In this document: positions 24,901-32,788 of the stretch, one piece after another
How the letters are laid out: each line of letters opens with the position of its first letter
Numbering within the stretch: the first letter of the stretch is position 1
Assembly (NCBI GenBank): GCA_900128585.1
Contig: LT642157.1
Span: forward strand, 1-55,419
Reading direction: 5' to 3'
DNA length: 55,419 nt
Source: Stramenopiles sp. TOSAG23-3
Lineage: Eukaryota
Position numbers and translations under genes: made by a program
The notes under the pieces: generated by a model
The model's input: the letters and a program-made list of their open reading frames with translations, nothing else
What the model was told of the DNA's origin: nothing
Database searches by the model: none

Positions 24901-27356
24901 TAGCGATTGTGTCTCAAATGACCCACACAGCCAGAGCATTGACTGTGATGCACGCGAGGAGAGTCATACTCAACATACTGCAATCATCATCGGTCGATCT
25001 ATCGTTTGTCGTAGACGCATTTGCTTCCAATGTAACTAGCATTTTGAACTTTTCTCGACTACTTGTGGCAACAAACGAGCCATCAAACACAGAGGCATTT
25101 GGCGAGCAAGTCACACGTCTGTTAGTTTCACATAGCAAAGATTCGGATTCAGTCGCGCAAGCAATTTTGGGGGAAGCGATTTCCGTTTTGATGAGTTCGA
25201 TTTATAAAATGAAGGCCGTTTACGACGGAAAAGATAGCACAAAATGCCTGGATGTGATTGATGACAAGACATCCAGCGAAAACCCCAACCCTCACTTTGG
25301 GTTTTGGCTTTTGCGATTAATCCTTCAAGTGCCAGTATTTTTGCAGAAACATTCTTCTACGATACTGGCCGCACTCTTTTCTTTTATTTCTTTCACTGAA
25401 GGATCCTTGAGAGTGGAAGGGGTCGAACTGTTGGTCAAAATGGTGGCAAGCTTTAACCAGAATAGCCTGGAGTGGTCCAGTGCAATGACATCGCGCCTGG
25501 AAACGCATTTTTTTGCCCAGCTGAAATCGTTGTATAAGAGTGAGCCGTCTCGCAATACAAAATACATGGGATCTCTTGTTCGGCTCCATTTAGAACTATT
25601 GAAAGTAGACAGTAGCGTGGCCTCGCATTTGCCGGAATGGTTTTTAGACGTTAACCTTTTCTTTGAGATTTGCGAGACGCTTGAGGATACATGGAGAGAA
25701 GGGGTAGAGCAAATGTCAATAGCGAGCTGTAAAGCTCTCTTCAAGAAACTGGGGTTTTTAGAAAGTGGCAGTTTTGCCAAGAATCCATTTAAGGGAGAAG
25801 GTACCGAGTACTTTCCTTCTACCCAGGCGATATCACGATCATCAATGAAACAGCTGGTTCAGGTTTTAGACAACAAACTAAAAGATCTATCTCATACAGT
25901 AAAATCAGGAGACTGTGGGGTCTACTTAAAGGTGATGAAAGCAGTAAATTTTGAAGAGACGTTGAAGATGAAAGCATTTTTGGGGATCCCAGAGCCTGTT
26001 TTACGACGTAACGCGCTGATTCTTTGCGCTGTAAACTGCGCATTCGAGATTACGTCGTCGTTTGTGGACTTTGACCCATCCCCCAAAGACGGATCGTTAA
26101 TGAAGCGTCTAATGGCCCATCGGTATTTGATATTTTGGTCTCACAAACACAAAATCTGGAGGCCCATAATGAGAAGGACGTATGAAAACGCAGACAATGT
26201 TCATGATCTCGGGATCGACAGGATTGCGACGTATTCTTTGCGAGGCAAAGAAGCCACAAATGAGACGTTGAATAAATCTGTATTCGGGCAGTTAGTAAAA
26301 AATCTGCATTACATCAACCCGAAACTACTGAGGCACAAATCAAGGGAACAAAATGGGCCTCATGGAACTTGGAGAGTTGATTTTATAGGAGAAAGCTCTA
26401 TTGACCAAGGTGGCCCGTTTCGCGATACTTTGACCCAGTCAGTTACAGATTTGCAAGAAAGTCATGTGCGCATGATTGTGAAAGTTCCTAACAATCGAAA
26501 CAACCAGGGAGAATTTGGAAGAGATAAATTTGTCCCAAACCCAAAATACATTTCTCCTCAACATTTGCAGATGTGGAGGTTCGTGGGTAAGACCATGGGC
26601 GTTGCGCTGCGAATAAACAACCCCCTTCCCTTTGACTTTCCATCCTTGGTATGGAAATTACTTGTGCTAGAGAAACCAGGACGGGAGGACTTGCGTGGGA
26701 TTGATGATAGCTTTTGTAAAATACACGATACGATTCTTAAATGCGACGAGGCGCTGGTCAGCAACTACGAGATGAACCACGTAGTAGTAAACAATGCTGG
26801 CGAGGAGGTCCCGTTGTACGAAGGTGGAGAAGATGTGCTCGTGACCGGAGACAACTGCAAAGAGTACGTCAACCTTTGCGAATCGTACCGGGTTGAAGAA
26901 ATATCAAAGCAGTGCCTGGCAATGAGGGAAGGCCTGTCAACGATCGTTCCTATTGGTGTGGTCAATATGTGGACTTGGGAACAGCTTGAGTTGAACGTAT
27001 GCGGGAAAAAGGGTTTTGATATAGAGTTATTGAAGGAGCATGCAGACTTCAAAGACGGCTATGCGAGCGACACTGAATTCCAATCGTGGATGTGGGAGTC
27101 ACTCGGTAACTTCAACGAAGAGGAACGGGAGCAGTTCTTGCGATTTTGTTGGGGTAGATCAAGGCTACCGATTGCAAAAGATGGATGGACTCACCCTTTT
27201 ACTGTGACGACAAAAAGGGGCAACGACGATGCACTGCCGAGCGCTCACACTTGCTTTTTCCAAATTGATGTCCCTAGGTATTCTTCTCAAAAAATTATGG
27301 AAAAGCGGCTTAGAATAGCTATCAATTGGGGCAATTCTGCCATTGACGATGATTAG
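12966..27356 (+). CDS. Giant HECT-type E3 ubiquitin ligase, HECTD4/HERC-like, with malectin, LamG, RanBP2 zinc finger and SPRY domains (4796 aa, single exon)
   Basis: HECT motifs GESSIDQGGPFRD, FLRFCWGRSRLP, catalytic LPSAHTCFFQIDVPRYSS; malectin AINCGG...FWYDIPVPNGNFVVSLIFCEI...FDVYVD; ZnF WECAQCQTPN...CEMC; SPRY WYYEVEV...IGWSD...GDRIGCAID. Confidence 0.95.
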   Translation: MGNIIQPNAFPESSKPRAFKQKDKEWIGLLDRCDQFLTDNNLRVQSACTAELELRSSYDILPGYRSEVQQLVAHDTKSREYEEMVLGIRKRESDQIISEGIQSALRSLVALDNRNTGGNHDILEAMHHSLVAFQRIKIAFDRKVESLQSKVLASSTAAPANSTTDANEAQTSSSESATANTGTKVARSRSLGNPRSGSRPAMDSPSSRLRGIGLRMGLAMMKRAWKSDPTLFQESLELVREAFIDAMDPLSLYDSLPLAPFLEQGVSNLRSTFVDIIMDGKGTELGAVQQFVSFLLCFGISRGSASDILHAVRLILNKDVPYFPDSEAKRSIEFLLAFSPEKTFSPFRRGNESTSLGLRLSAADMSALNASSMANDGDFLYIHSLTKGLLRISCLGLEAGKVCGSPNPDFHIGVAGHMVLLGKKLYFFYQAKTSEAVSTVFYVDTIDPKTLRPTDTHILTFSTRDRDGSREGSEEQSTTSNGDGVLQLELLSEANEAEKLAAANEKGDQENVILDRDRRKAAELMQVPVEAIIKEEAKSKESAEDKKKGVTIPKPKHILMCGNGSTLYFVTIHKAALVMHTVEIDGDSGIMRTNACPPKALQFNGKYSKIGWQNIVSSHNALVIAINCGGGEFVGGDGTRFLRDQYYGQDEKEFGSGGGFFQSHTGHEAGQSFICHSCRFRKGSFWYDIPVPNGNFVVSLIFCEIESSSKSHRCFDVYVDDELVMYQYNPGPKYKKIQYDFPVTVTSGHKLKITFDGTNPMVSGIVIRHQSSSPSVCPPIAQDNSAPGWPEKQTANSFVLSNGECLLLGSKSKSSAPIEVITFSLKSGHSCGKYFIPKFEDCVVCMDSSNSILWKYSNKNKYKVQRYVNSWPSLRQRNKSSRAENPNGEEINLKLGNGIDFTCNLLNSLIRVAEFSDFNDAKQTGYMFPLGIELSSEMFTLLIGMISECMDEVKGGNIRRFHVLELLMNFLNIHLKHAHSLNQGEFELLLQKKSQKDLKSMVFGILGSDDSTFDNVLEIAAEICTSSLELFVPGWEEKINLLCQIMQPSMDYSENNKLKFTLKKEAHVLVGKSLFSRCNELEMVMSLFSHVEESLSHENTSIETETVLNNFLNAILHRLLDDFKSHLDLCSADGPVPTLSSEARDVIGFMHLVYCYFMSLTAEPFDFENRLCQLLVKHMSLFFRECATAIQLGIVSSDGSENIENAVSIIGLFFGKLWYQSIVYCSSFAHNAEAADILVAPCVDLSTTVLGFFTKISKETAKNLVESCLQTNDNVAVAGFPYTLGPADDLPDQATWGTSYALMDYPATSSGNITTVHARFGSLPQGNRTECLYVRIFERVQDSTSNFKFLREQKVEINRTSVALDAIIELPVSSGGIIINEGEFPALYNPKGSLNIRTRKLGAPQRTIYYTSGSTKKHGIGDTVSFTSYSNKDNRGALLPGWYAVVEAPMGLQAISNTGSGEKKKNPREPREGKVRMEYKYIYQFARFQSWLASKLASTLIKGSTSKKIEKENEPWLSSSVFNGNFKLPNDPMAAPMLRRSASSLEEEGSFLEDFTQGKTSCVLLKKLEEGYSPNMYMKMLRRKGGEVVDESLRSCFLAIASQVNLFEKALAFEVCAQGDDDAPEELLELWSFVQEKRQWFIREHEQLAGTTYETICAEVKKRVNLLSHIIPNNSPATPEGSPQRSMRHQFGSARKDSPRWEAVERSLHERNELSKMLQERSYLLSEKKIDEEPRDTVVRFLLSSANSTEIEESLSMSRVRARRRISGFKQMTDLIEQVVFDNLSDPFNSGPGKLGDLGNLVASSILQNCSQSIVVFEKEGNGYVIKPWSIHDAIKGCGARYKKEVVTSHVKFCRTLISVLKRPVEKEDSVSVRATKHLCVKSLCVKYSFDDKGRVLASNLTGALKSLLQPHSLLGSGKSGDKSKKEGWKITPITPVAHSLYEFLVFSTIALEDVLLGNFLIDLFGLLAAHLDGMLSMLQSVESSENEALPMQRNQYNYLENMPVRLGRRSTVVGLVIPRPPSLDASFSVAMNVYFDDFDRSCNILLFKRGNFHKCTENNESQALAYVNKDTKKIHFITKIRRAQNVDEAQVITDEPITAKEWHSLLFLRIFSQSGKDGLHIIMDGKYCGSSTGKFDPEALGEVIRLAEVATEQKGSFLPLYLGLPPVPPHYIASSTASTISEKYLQNHEKISFQGTIASVSISTDAKQMLKSFHEAKDSKKSFEDYGKICDTHKELEWTLDTLYKCTQIEKAKDIVSRPRTVQSLLSILLGVFDAREITAQKGESHRFDSISSSSPANKLQAARVLGALLKNIDPEKIAADQYISSYWTPENIVESLFQLYQHLDCIVMDSEFNSASIWCSARYSSMLMFELGSIFHSLALNEQWATIVIEHVCKEAEGALSLVRAFKNNAEMVSERKTNAVWRVLSALQLLCGAPSTFRIGARVKIKGDSKGSKVPLNRSGLIVSLSEHDNSASILLSDGEMAEDIPLDQLLPVPSQEWLAGGCTSHRLSRVLQCILPLVRAAADEGNVSLIFATLQYRVMHLLTIFVELVPSAHEILLSDSRRITEVLDIASQIMMINGEFGIFSDLCQKMEGLRLLMRDVNLNAEEVFQSSLGLDVSEGKKAEDRKPFSIKSVSPLINVGNVVVNPTYSLQENIGDEWECAQCQTPNPVELDNCEMCDYDRPKAGVIIGERWPQDSSMDLFHIPCLSKLKYSTQAAARELAKGYGVVWQGQASLSRTIKSQVTSSFSFTVKNLPHIGNAIVRAGFVEEIDEEIEVGGVGKMFGWCSDGSVLKPSQSKVVTSKNHELKVVYISTPSEPSYGQEQAVTREGPAGPFLCSVKKYFPTWALEDIRLLNGKWYYEVEVVGDPKSSCPQIGWSDPQHTHFDGSSLGIGDCNHSWGVDGLRRKAWNGDNSLQPYGKIWKNGDRIGCAIDIDGKTMGFYVNNEYQGTAFTHCNFDGGVYPAFTLSGEGKMKIKVYFGGSADLKYDPPSGYLQIYEYFNLAKEKRDKVTAQWNDIPAFMAKKNVTYMKSNIIFSRNDKSPGTENANNVTGSTDNTMNQPSNESESKVAVRASQSPLDKDTLCEPYPSAGCIDPASSVFIDEGMVESLNTSSKTSNAAQWNQGSVITITRKYDSDQIAIFLENKLVHEISNIPQTFMHPFIQISGAGVAVQLENEHDLSSEKYGKYSSWTLESAISNETVYFGTLHSEDGKFVHLVRLFIRSESRERPAVFNGNMTFVDLHHEVSVHGEIVGNDIRLFSYIVDPDDKLERCTYFLKISPNAPGRLSGVSKDGSSVMILQKDFGTALSFKDPGSHFVMGALSASDTSPRFTCELWAKFDSPETSNGNIICCYSAKSQLPEFALVKNASTYSLVDRKKTGHRRTILTAHVSDMEYGTWNHLAFSVCRARTQDWGEAILSSEGCRLLEKKDFMELSGMDSEREYNGKDPNLAFDTIFSFDIVSVDDQGFIWMGLRGVPEGQDEEETKTDHVRQDTYRFSSSGKFEKNGNRLYSGDRLKAGDNVTLFYDENTIIVFKNGKKVCSCKAPFSGKTQSFITMSGQGSKIRVPTHAGGLKIPYRSVWSFYNNGELLSQGISSRCHNLTGQWVVGDARLSETRLQCSVSEIRMWDKCLSVMELKRLSKVSFPTSKPMDKLIGWWPLVIGYGNIAYDVRRGRHGLLYNPTWKKTTGLKKEFSPEPLFWSLNNCHDKLKVDPMDASRICKSSSAVVGHTGMCKTPINVGKFQFNIEVKKLKNYAYIGVASEKMSKTLSSYIGQTDESWGLYSNGDCCHDAVRSQTKCKKFSSGDLVTVFVDTILGTITWAVNGETVGFKYSNLRGKTVFPAVTLFYSEDEMVISRNSIDDTVDDIHSTIPQVSQELTTALSYFETEGNAMNPLLQELDFDSFKYGTVKRKSESESPKEESKISPVLLGDIGDQCAAPMSEKYDGSFDEQKNGNRNNAQLCEGAQRTVCVQGPMWRLAIVSQMTHTARALTVMHARRVILNILQSSSVDLSFVVDAFASNVTSILNFSRLLVATNEPSNTEAFGEQVTRLLVSHSKDSDSVAQAILGEAISVLMSSIYKMKAVYDGKDSTKCLDVIDDKTSSENPNPHFGFWLLRLILQVPVFLQKHSSTILAALFSFISFTEGSLRVEGVELLVKMVASFNQNSLEWSSAMTSRLETHFFAQLKSLYKSEPSRNTKYMGSLVRLHLELLKVDSSVASHLPEWFLDVNLFFEICETLEDTWREGVEQMSIASCKALFKKLGFLESGSFAKNPFKGEGTEYFPSTQAISRSSMKQLVQVLDNKLKDLSHTVKSGDCGVYLKVMKAVNFEETLKMKAFLGIPEPVLRRNALILCAVNCAFEITSSFVDFDPSPKDGSLMKRLMAHRYLIFWSHKHKIWRPIMRRTYENADNVHDLGIDRIATYSLRGKEATNETLNKSVFGQLVKNLHYINPKLLRHKSREQNGPHGTWRVDFIGESSIDQGGPFRDTLTQSVTDLQESHVRMIVKVPNNRNNQGEFGRDKFVPNPKYISPQHLQMWRFVGKTMGVALRINNPLPFDFPSLVWKLLVLEKPGREDLRGIDDSFCKIHDTILKCDEALVSNYEMNHVVVNNAGEEVPLYEGGEDVLVTGDNCKEYVNLCESYRVEEISKQCLAMREGLSTIVPIGVVNMWTWEQLELNVCGKKGFDIELLKEHADFKDGYASDTEFQSWMWESLGNFNEEEREQFLRFCWGRSRLPIAKDGWTHPFTVTTKRGNDDALPSAHTCFFQIDVPRYSSQKIMEKRLRIAINWGNSAIDDD

Positions 27357-27548
27357 CGTGTACGATAATTCTGTGCACGCGAGAAGTAAAAAATAAGAAT
27401 TAACTACTTTGTACGAGGGTAAGAATTATAAGAATACTGTCATTTAGCATATATTATCTAAAGTAATTTATGAAAATTTGTATGTAAAGTTTACCAGAAA
27501 CATTCGTAGAGCTCACAAAATTCTATGAAAAATGGAAACCTTGGGGGT

Positions 27549-28073
27549 CTATTTGGCAGAGGCAGCTGAAGCAGTAGCTTCTGCGTACTTCTTGAGCAAC
27601 ACTTGCTTGTATTCCTCTTGGTTGTCCCAAATTTGGGCGGCGTAACCATTCAGAGGACTATCATTGTTCGGTTCTCCCAGAAGACTACGAAGTGATACCA
27701 AAATTGTGCTGACACTGTAGGCAGCAGACCACTTTTCTTTCAAAATATCAAGGCAGATGTTTCCATATTGATCAACATTAGGATGAAAACAAGGCGTTGT
27801 AAACTTGATGGTAGGCGCCGAGTAAGGATAGTCCGCAGGAAACTTCAAAGATAACTTATATGTTAGTCCTTCGTAGACTGTTCCGTTTGCCCCCGTTAAC
27901 GTTCCCACCCATTCAAAAAGATTATCGCCTTGTGGAAATGCAGTAGCATCTTTATCACCCGACATCATTAGCTGCATAAGTTCACTCTGCAAGCGTTTTG
28001 TTACACTTGCTTTGCCAACCTTTCCAGATGAACTGTTCGGACCACCACCAGCGCTTGCTGCTGCTACTGCCAT
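27549..28073 (-). CDS. UBE2C: Ubiquitin-conjugating enzyme E2 C (UbcH10/UBC11 type)
   Basis: [40 protein letters not shown] with catalytic Cys, N-terminal extension; ATG at 28073. Confidence 0.92.
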   Translation of the reverse strand: MAVAAASAGGGPNSSSGKVGKASVTKRLQSELMQLMMSGDKDATAFPQGDNLFEWVGTLTGANGTVYEGLTYKLSLKFPADYPYSAPTIKFTTPCFHPNVDQYGNICLDILKEKWSAAYSVSTILVSLRSLLGEPNNDSPLNGYAAQIWDNQEEYKQVLLKKYAEATASAASAK

Positions 28074-29200
28074 GTTCGTTTTGCTGTAATTGAGAGAGTT
28101 CTTTTTTATTTCTTCTGTTGATGATCTATGATTTGTATAATCCAATATGATTTCAATTTACATTGAACATGCAGTTTATTAATTTGTCAACAGAAGGATA
28201 CCTATAAATTGATGTTGATGCGAACGTATAAATAGTTGGTAAAAAATAAAGTGACTATCTTGTCCTCAAAGTTTAGCTTCTTCTTTTTTTCTTCTCCTCC
28301 TCTGCTTCTTTATTATTATTTTGTTGTTGTTAGTTGTATAANNNNNNNNNNNNNNNNNNNNNNNNNNNNNNNNNNNNNNNNNNNNAAGAAATTGCCTTAC
28401 TACCTTCCTGTACTTAATTTTTGTTTTTCACGCAACACACAACGTAAAAAATAAAAATGTTCTTCTGATATCTATGGTGTGTCGCTGTTAATTTTTATTA
28501 AAAACGTTTCGCATAAAAAATTTATAATAAATTGAACTAAAAAAAAAGATCTTTCTTCTTACAAAACATATGGTTCATTACGATAGGAATAGAGTCTACG
28601 ATTATAATTACAAAACAGAATTCCTCGTAGGAGGAGAAACGCTTCTTTTTTTTCTCCTTTGAAGTAGTTAGAGTGGTCCATAATTAAGGCTATATTTAAT
28701 ATATAGGGAATTCTTTTACTGTAGCTTTGTTATAAAAATTATATTATAATAACTAATATGATGTACCTTAATATATAAAATTGATGTTGTGTATATCTAT
28801 TTTGTATTTTCTAAAAAAATAATTCCTGGATTCCAATTCTTCTAATTGCTCTTCTGTTTTGTCCTTCTTCGTTCTTCGTCGTACTACTTTTAGAAGAATT
28901 AATTAGAAGAATCATCCAATCCAATTGGAAGAAATATTAATCCACTACGAGGCTATTACCTATAAATACAATTGGAGGAGAGCTTCTTTGTTCTTGTTGT
29001 CGTGTTGTGTGTTGTTATTGTTGTTGTCATATTTTTGTTTCTTAAGAGATTTAATGACTGATTATTATAAGAAAAGATTTAATTTAATGCATTGAGAAGA
29101 ACGCGGGACTTTTTATTTCATTTCGTTATATGAACCGGCCAATATGAAGAATCTTCTGGAAGAAGATTGATCCGTGCATTTTGTTAGTTAAAAGAATACT

Positions 29201-29635
29201 ATGAAGGTTGGGAGCACTGTGGTTGTTTGCTTTGCGTGGTTGTTGATGGGGTTGGAATGTACAGCAAAGCATATGTTTCAGGCCAAGTGGCACCACCATG
29301 TCATAGCGCAAGCCCGGGTGGAAGACGTGACGGTTGTCGATGGTGCATACTACTTTCCAAAAAACTCTCTGCGTAAACGTTTTTTCCGCGCATCAACTGA
29401 GACACATATGGATAAATTCGGAGTTGCGAATTATTACCACCTTCAAGAGCTTCACCCGATACACAAAGTCCATGTAAATGTCCACAAGGACAGTGCTTAC
29501 ACGTTCAGAGACCCTAATCCTGGTTATGAGCACATCAAAGGAATGGTAGCGTTCCACAGGGGCGTTAGAATTGAGCGTCATGATATCGGGGATCACGAGG
29601 GAGATGTCCATCACGACCGCCACGCAGAATTGTAA
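29201..29635 (+). CDS. DUF427-domain protein with signal peptide and C-terminal HAEL (144 aa)
   Basis: VIAQA...VVDGAYYFPKNSL...F...S...GVANYY...DSAYTFRDP...HIKGMVAF matches the DUF427 pattern; hydrophobic N-terminus; ends RHAEL*. Confidence 0.8.
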   Translation: MKVGSTVVVCFAWLLMGLECTAKHMFQAKWHHHVIAQARVEDVTVVDGAYYFPKNSLRKRFFRASTETHMDKFGVANYYHLQELHPIHKVHVNVHKDSAYTFRDPNPGYEHIKGMVAFHRGVRIERHDIGDHEGDVHHDRHAEL

Positions 29636-29792
29636 GCAAATTATCTGGCGAAAAGGTCGCGTCGTAACGTTAAAATTTATTGAAGACGAAATAAAATGAT
29701 TAAATTTACAACTTTTAGCCCTGCACACACCTCCAATTTTCAGAATTTTACACTCACCTTACTTAGCCGTTTCTTGAGTCCCTCGCTCCTCT

Positions 29793-31052
29793 TTACTCTT
29801 TCTTATCTTTACTCGCACTGCGCTTTGATCCTCGACATTTTACAACGCAATATGCGAGCGGCAGAGCAAGAAAAACAAGGACGCTTAACGAAAAGACAAA
29901 AACAAAGGCAAACCCTTTTGTTGATAGGTCGAACACCAGCATGTGGTACCTCAACGGTAACGTAAGCTGAAGAGCGTCATGGTCTTCGACACCAAAGGGG
30001 AGAGCACAATGCTTCGGCGATTCAAAAATGTTGGAACGTTCTGGTGGCATAAACAAAGGCATGTAGCAGTAATTCAAGAACGGTTCAGCCAATTTGAACG
30101 AGTGGTACGCAGTCTCTAAATTCCCATCGTACATGTACGTGCTCACGTTACGTTTGAACATTTCTGCATAAAATATACGAGCGAAAGTAAACTCAATGTT
30201 TATGATCCCCATGTGTTTTTCGATTTCTTCGTAGTACCTTACGATAGGACCCCAAAGGGACAAGTCATTGGGGTCTGGTTTCGTTATCTTCTGTATTGAA
30301 TTAGGTTCCGCGAACAAGATGATGTGGTCACGAAATATATGGGTTTCTGGTGCAAATTCAGCTTCGCCCGTGTCGTGCAGCACCCACAGGGAATCGGTAA
30401 CGAAATCGTGGCATATCTGCGATGGGAGCACAGTGCCTTCCCCGGCAACAGCTATTTCTATTGGCTCAAAAGAGCGGCGCGTATTGTTATATTCGGAGAT
30501 CCAACGGGACAAGGCATTCACTGCTTTTCCCGTCGCATCGCCCAAGTACGTCACATTCTTATACCGTTCATAATCAATGCCAAACTCGATGTTTACGTTG
30601 GCTATATTGTTCCACTCTACCTTATGCTGGCTTTTATTATGCAAGTGTATTCCAAACAGGTGAAGTGCGGCATCCAAAAATGGACTGTTCGGCGACCTAA
30701 TGTGCGGATGCACAACGTGTTTTATCTCGTCAGTTTCATGCGGGGAGTAATCTGCAACTAACTCCAGGCCACTGTTTGGGTGGTCGTTGTAGTTCCTCAC
30801 AGCAATTGCGGAGTGATAAGCGTTCCACGGCACCGAGCCACTCAAATTCCAAGAAGCCATCACAAACTCTAGGTACAAGATCTCAAACTGGTCTTCTTCC
30901 TTCTGAAGTGGCCAGGCATAGACAGCGCCAGAAGTTTCATCTACATGGTCTTCACCCCCAAGAACAATCTGCGGCCCAACAGTTAAAAACAAAATTATGC
31001 AGAAACAAGTCACAAGAATGGTTCTTTTCCCCGCTGGCTTCGCCATACCCAT
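29793..31052 (-). CDS. CLN5: CLN5-like lysosomal thiol hydrolase/transacylase with C-terminal TM helix (419 aa)
   Basis: Collinear motifs with CLN5: DQFEILYL, AYHSAIA (His), WNN, GIDYERY, TGKAVNALSRWISEYNNT, SQICHDFV (Cys), FKLAEPFLNYCY; signal peptide; TM near C-terminus. Confidence 0.75.
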   Translation of the reverse strand: MGMAKPAGKRTILVTCFCIILFLTVGPQIVLGGEDHVDETSGAVYAWPLQKEEDQFEILYLEFVMASWNLSGSVPWNAYHSAIAVRNYNDHPNSGLELVADYSPHETDEIKHVVHPHIRSPNSPFLDAALHLFGIHLHNKSQHKVEWNNIANVNIEFGIDYERYKNVTYLGDATGKAVNALSRWISEYNNTRRSFEPIEIAVAGEGTVLPSQICHDFVTDSLWVLHDTGEAEFAPETHIFRDHIILFAEPNSIQKITKPDPNDLSLWGPIVRYYEEIEKHMGIINIEFTFARIFYAEMFKRNVSTYMYDGNLETAYHSFKLAEPFLNYCYMPLFMPPERSNIFESPKHCALPFGVEDHDALQLTLPLRYHMLVFDLSTKGFAFVFVFSLSVLVFLALPLAYCVVKCRGSKRSASKDKKE

Positions 31053-31323
31053 ATAAGAACCCGGAAACTTACTAACTCCCTGGAAACGTTCCTTTCTTAG
31101 GATAACAGACCGTGCAAAACCACTATTATTCCCAACTTCTCGACTTCAAAAAAGGCAGATATTCAAGATTTAAAAAAATCGAAGACCTACTTTTACATTC
31201 TCTGAAATCTTTTCTTGAACTCTACATGTGATATTGCATTTTTTAATACGGTCGGTTATTTGACACAACATTATTCTTCAGTAGGTAGAAGAAGTATGAT
31301 GATGATACCGGTACCTGATAATA

Positions 31324-31339
31324 GTTAGGGTTAGGGTTA
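31324..31339 (+). repeat. Interstitial telomere-like repeat (TTAGGG)2.5
   Basis: GTTAGGGTTAGGGTTA. Confidence 0.6.
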
Positions 31340-31746
31340 TAAAAATATTTTAATCCTTCTTCTTCTTCTTCTTCTTCTTCTTCCCCCTCTCTTCCTTCCT
31401 TCCTTCCTTCCTCTTTCTCATCCCTCCCCCTCCATTAATTTGTTGTAGAGATGATGTATAGATGTCCGGCGTCGTCCGGCCGGTGGACATTTTATTCAGT
31501 TTCTCTAAATGTAAACTACAATATTTTATGAATTAGAACATATATTTAATAGCTTCACTTAAATATGAAGAATATAATTTACTTTCTTAATACAAAAATC
31601 TGTAATTTGAAGAAAAAAAATAATTGTCATATTAATAAATTATTATTAAAAATAAAAATAATTTCCGAATATGATAAAATAGTTATTATCAACTTTTAAC
31701 AATCCATGAAACAGAGAGAGTTGTACGGTTCAATGCATTCTTTGCT

Positions 31747-32788
31747 TTACTGACCACCTCCACCAAAAAGGAGGAATAACACTAGCGGTAGAACGATGTA
31801 CCAGCTGCGAGAAAAAAAATATTGTGGGAGATATTGATTGTTAATGACGTCAAGTCGAAGAAGGAATAGGCTAGAAAGAAAGAATGGGGTTTCGTGTGTG
31901 CGGTACTTACTATCGTCGCATGAAGCTTTGGTTCTCTGGGGCATTGGGGTCTGTTTTGGACTTCTTTTTCAAGTGCTCCATTCCTGGTGGAGGAGCGACT
32001 TCTCCCCCACCTTTTATCACAAGTGGGACTTTGTGGCCTTTGCGAGGCATAACAGCCACGGCACTGGTCGATAGTTTGATGCTTCCGTCAGTTTTCAGTT
32101 TTTTCCGGTGTTTTCGGAGTGCTTTTTTCAAGGATGTTGTTTTACATTGAAATGATTTGGACAGCGGGGTACGGTACTCGATGCCAACGATCTGACCACT
32201 AAAATCAAGGTGAAGGAACAGCTGCTCCCGCAACCCCCCAACAAGAAGGGCGCAAGCTGGGATGGAGGCTACGACGTAGTTGGACGCTGTGCCAGCAACA
32301 GAAGGCATGCGCAAACGATAAAACCCCCCGCTTTCGGCCAAGTCGAGTAGCGCCTCGGCTTCCGTCGACTCAAGGCTGTCTCGACTCCGAACGCGAATTG
32401 TAATTTGCTTACTAAGTTTTGAAATTTCCACCTCTATATGGCCCCTATCGACGAACGATTTATCTACACCAACGGAGTGCTGCAGAGCAAAAATGGACGT
32501 TCCACTGTCGCTACTTTTACTACCTTCTTCGACTTCCGCGGGTTCACTGCAAGTGCCGTCCCCACCTTTGCAAGTTTTCTCTTCCACGCCCTCTTCGCCA
32601 AGATCCGCGGGGGCAGCAGCATTTTCCGTAGTCTCAGTGCGACCAGCGGCTTGTTTCCCACCTCGACTATTCTTCTTCCCACTCCGCGGCTTCTTCTTTT
32701 TCGCAGTACTAAAACCCTCCCCTGTGGAGGCCAAGAAAAGCAGGCACATAAACAGCAGCGCACATAATGTCACGAGGGTTCTTTTCAT
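31747..32788 (-). CDS. EMC10: ER membrane protein complex subunit 10; two exons (32788-31911, 31804-31747)
   Basis: Signal peptide MKRTLVTLCALLF; FVDRGHI, GFYRLRM, ASIPACAL, LHLDFSGQIVGIEY; splicing restores SFMRRYWYIVLPLVLFLLFGGGGQ*, the EMC10-type TM tail. Confidence 0.88.
31805..31910 (-). other. 106-nt spliceosomal intron in EMC10
   Basis: Donor TA|GTAAGT, acceptor TTTTTTTTCTCGCAG|C; removal turns the apparent TAG into TAC (Tyr) in frame. Confidence 0.9.

Noticed and set aside
27200..28073. HECT E3 and E2 genes tail-to-tail as a functional ubiquitination cluster
   Set aside because: The E2 is UBE2C-type, the partner of the RING ligase APC/C; adjacency is probably coincidental
29201..32788. 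Cluster of three secretory-pathway genes (DUF427-HAEL, CLN5, EMC10)
   Set aside because: No shared pathway or regulatory motif visible; signal-peptide genes are common in this window
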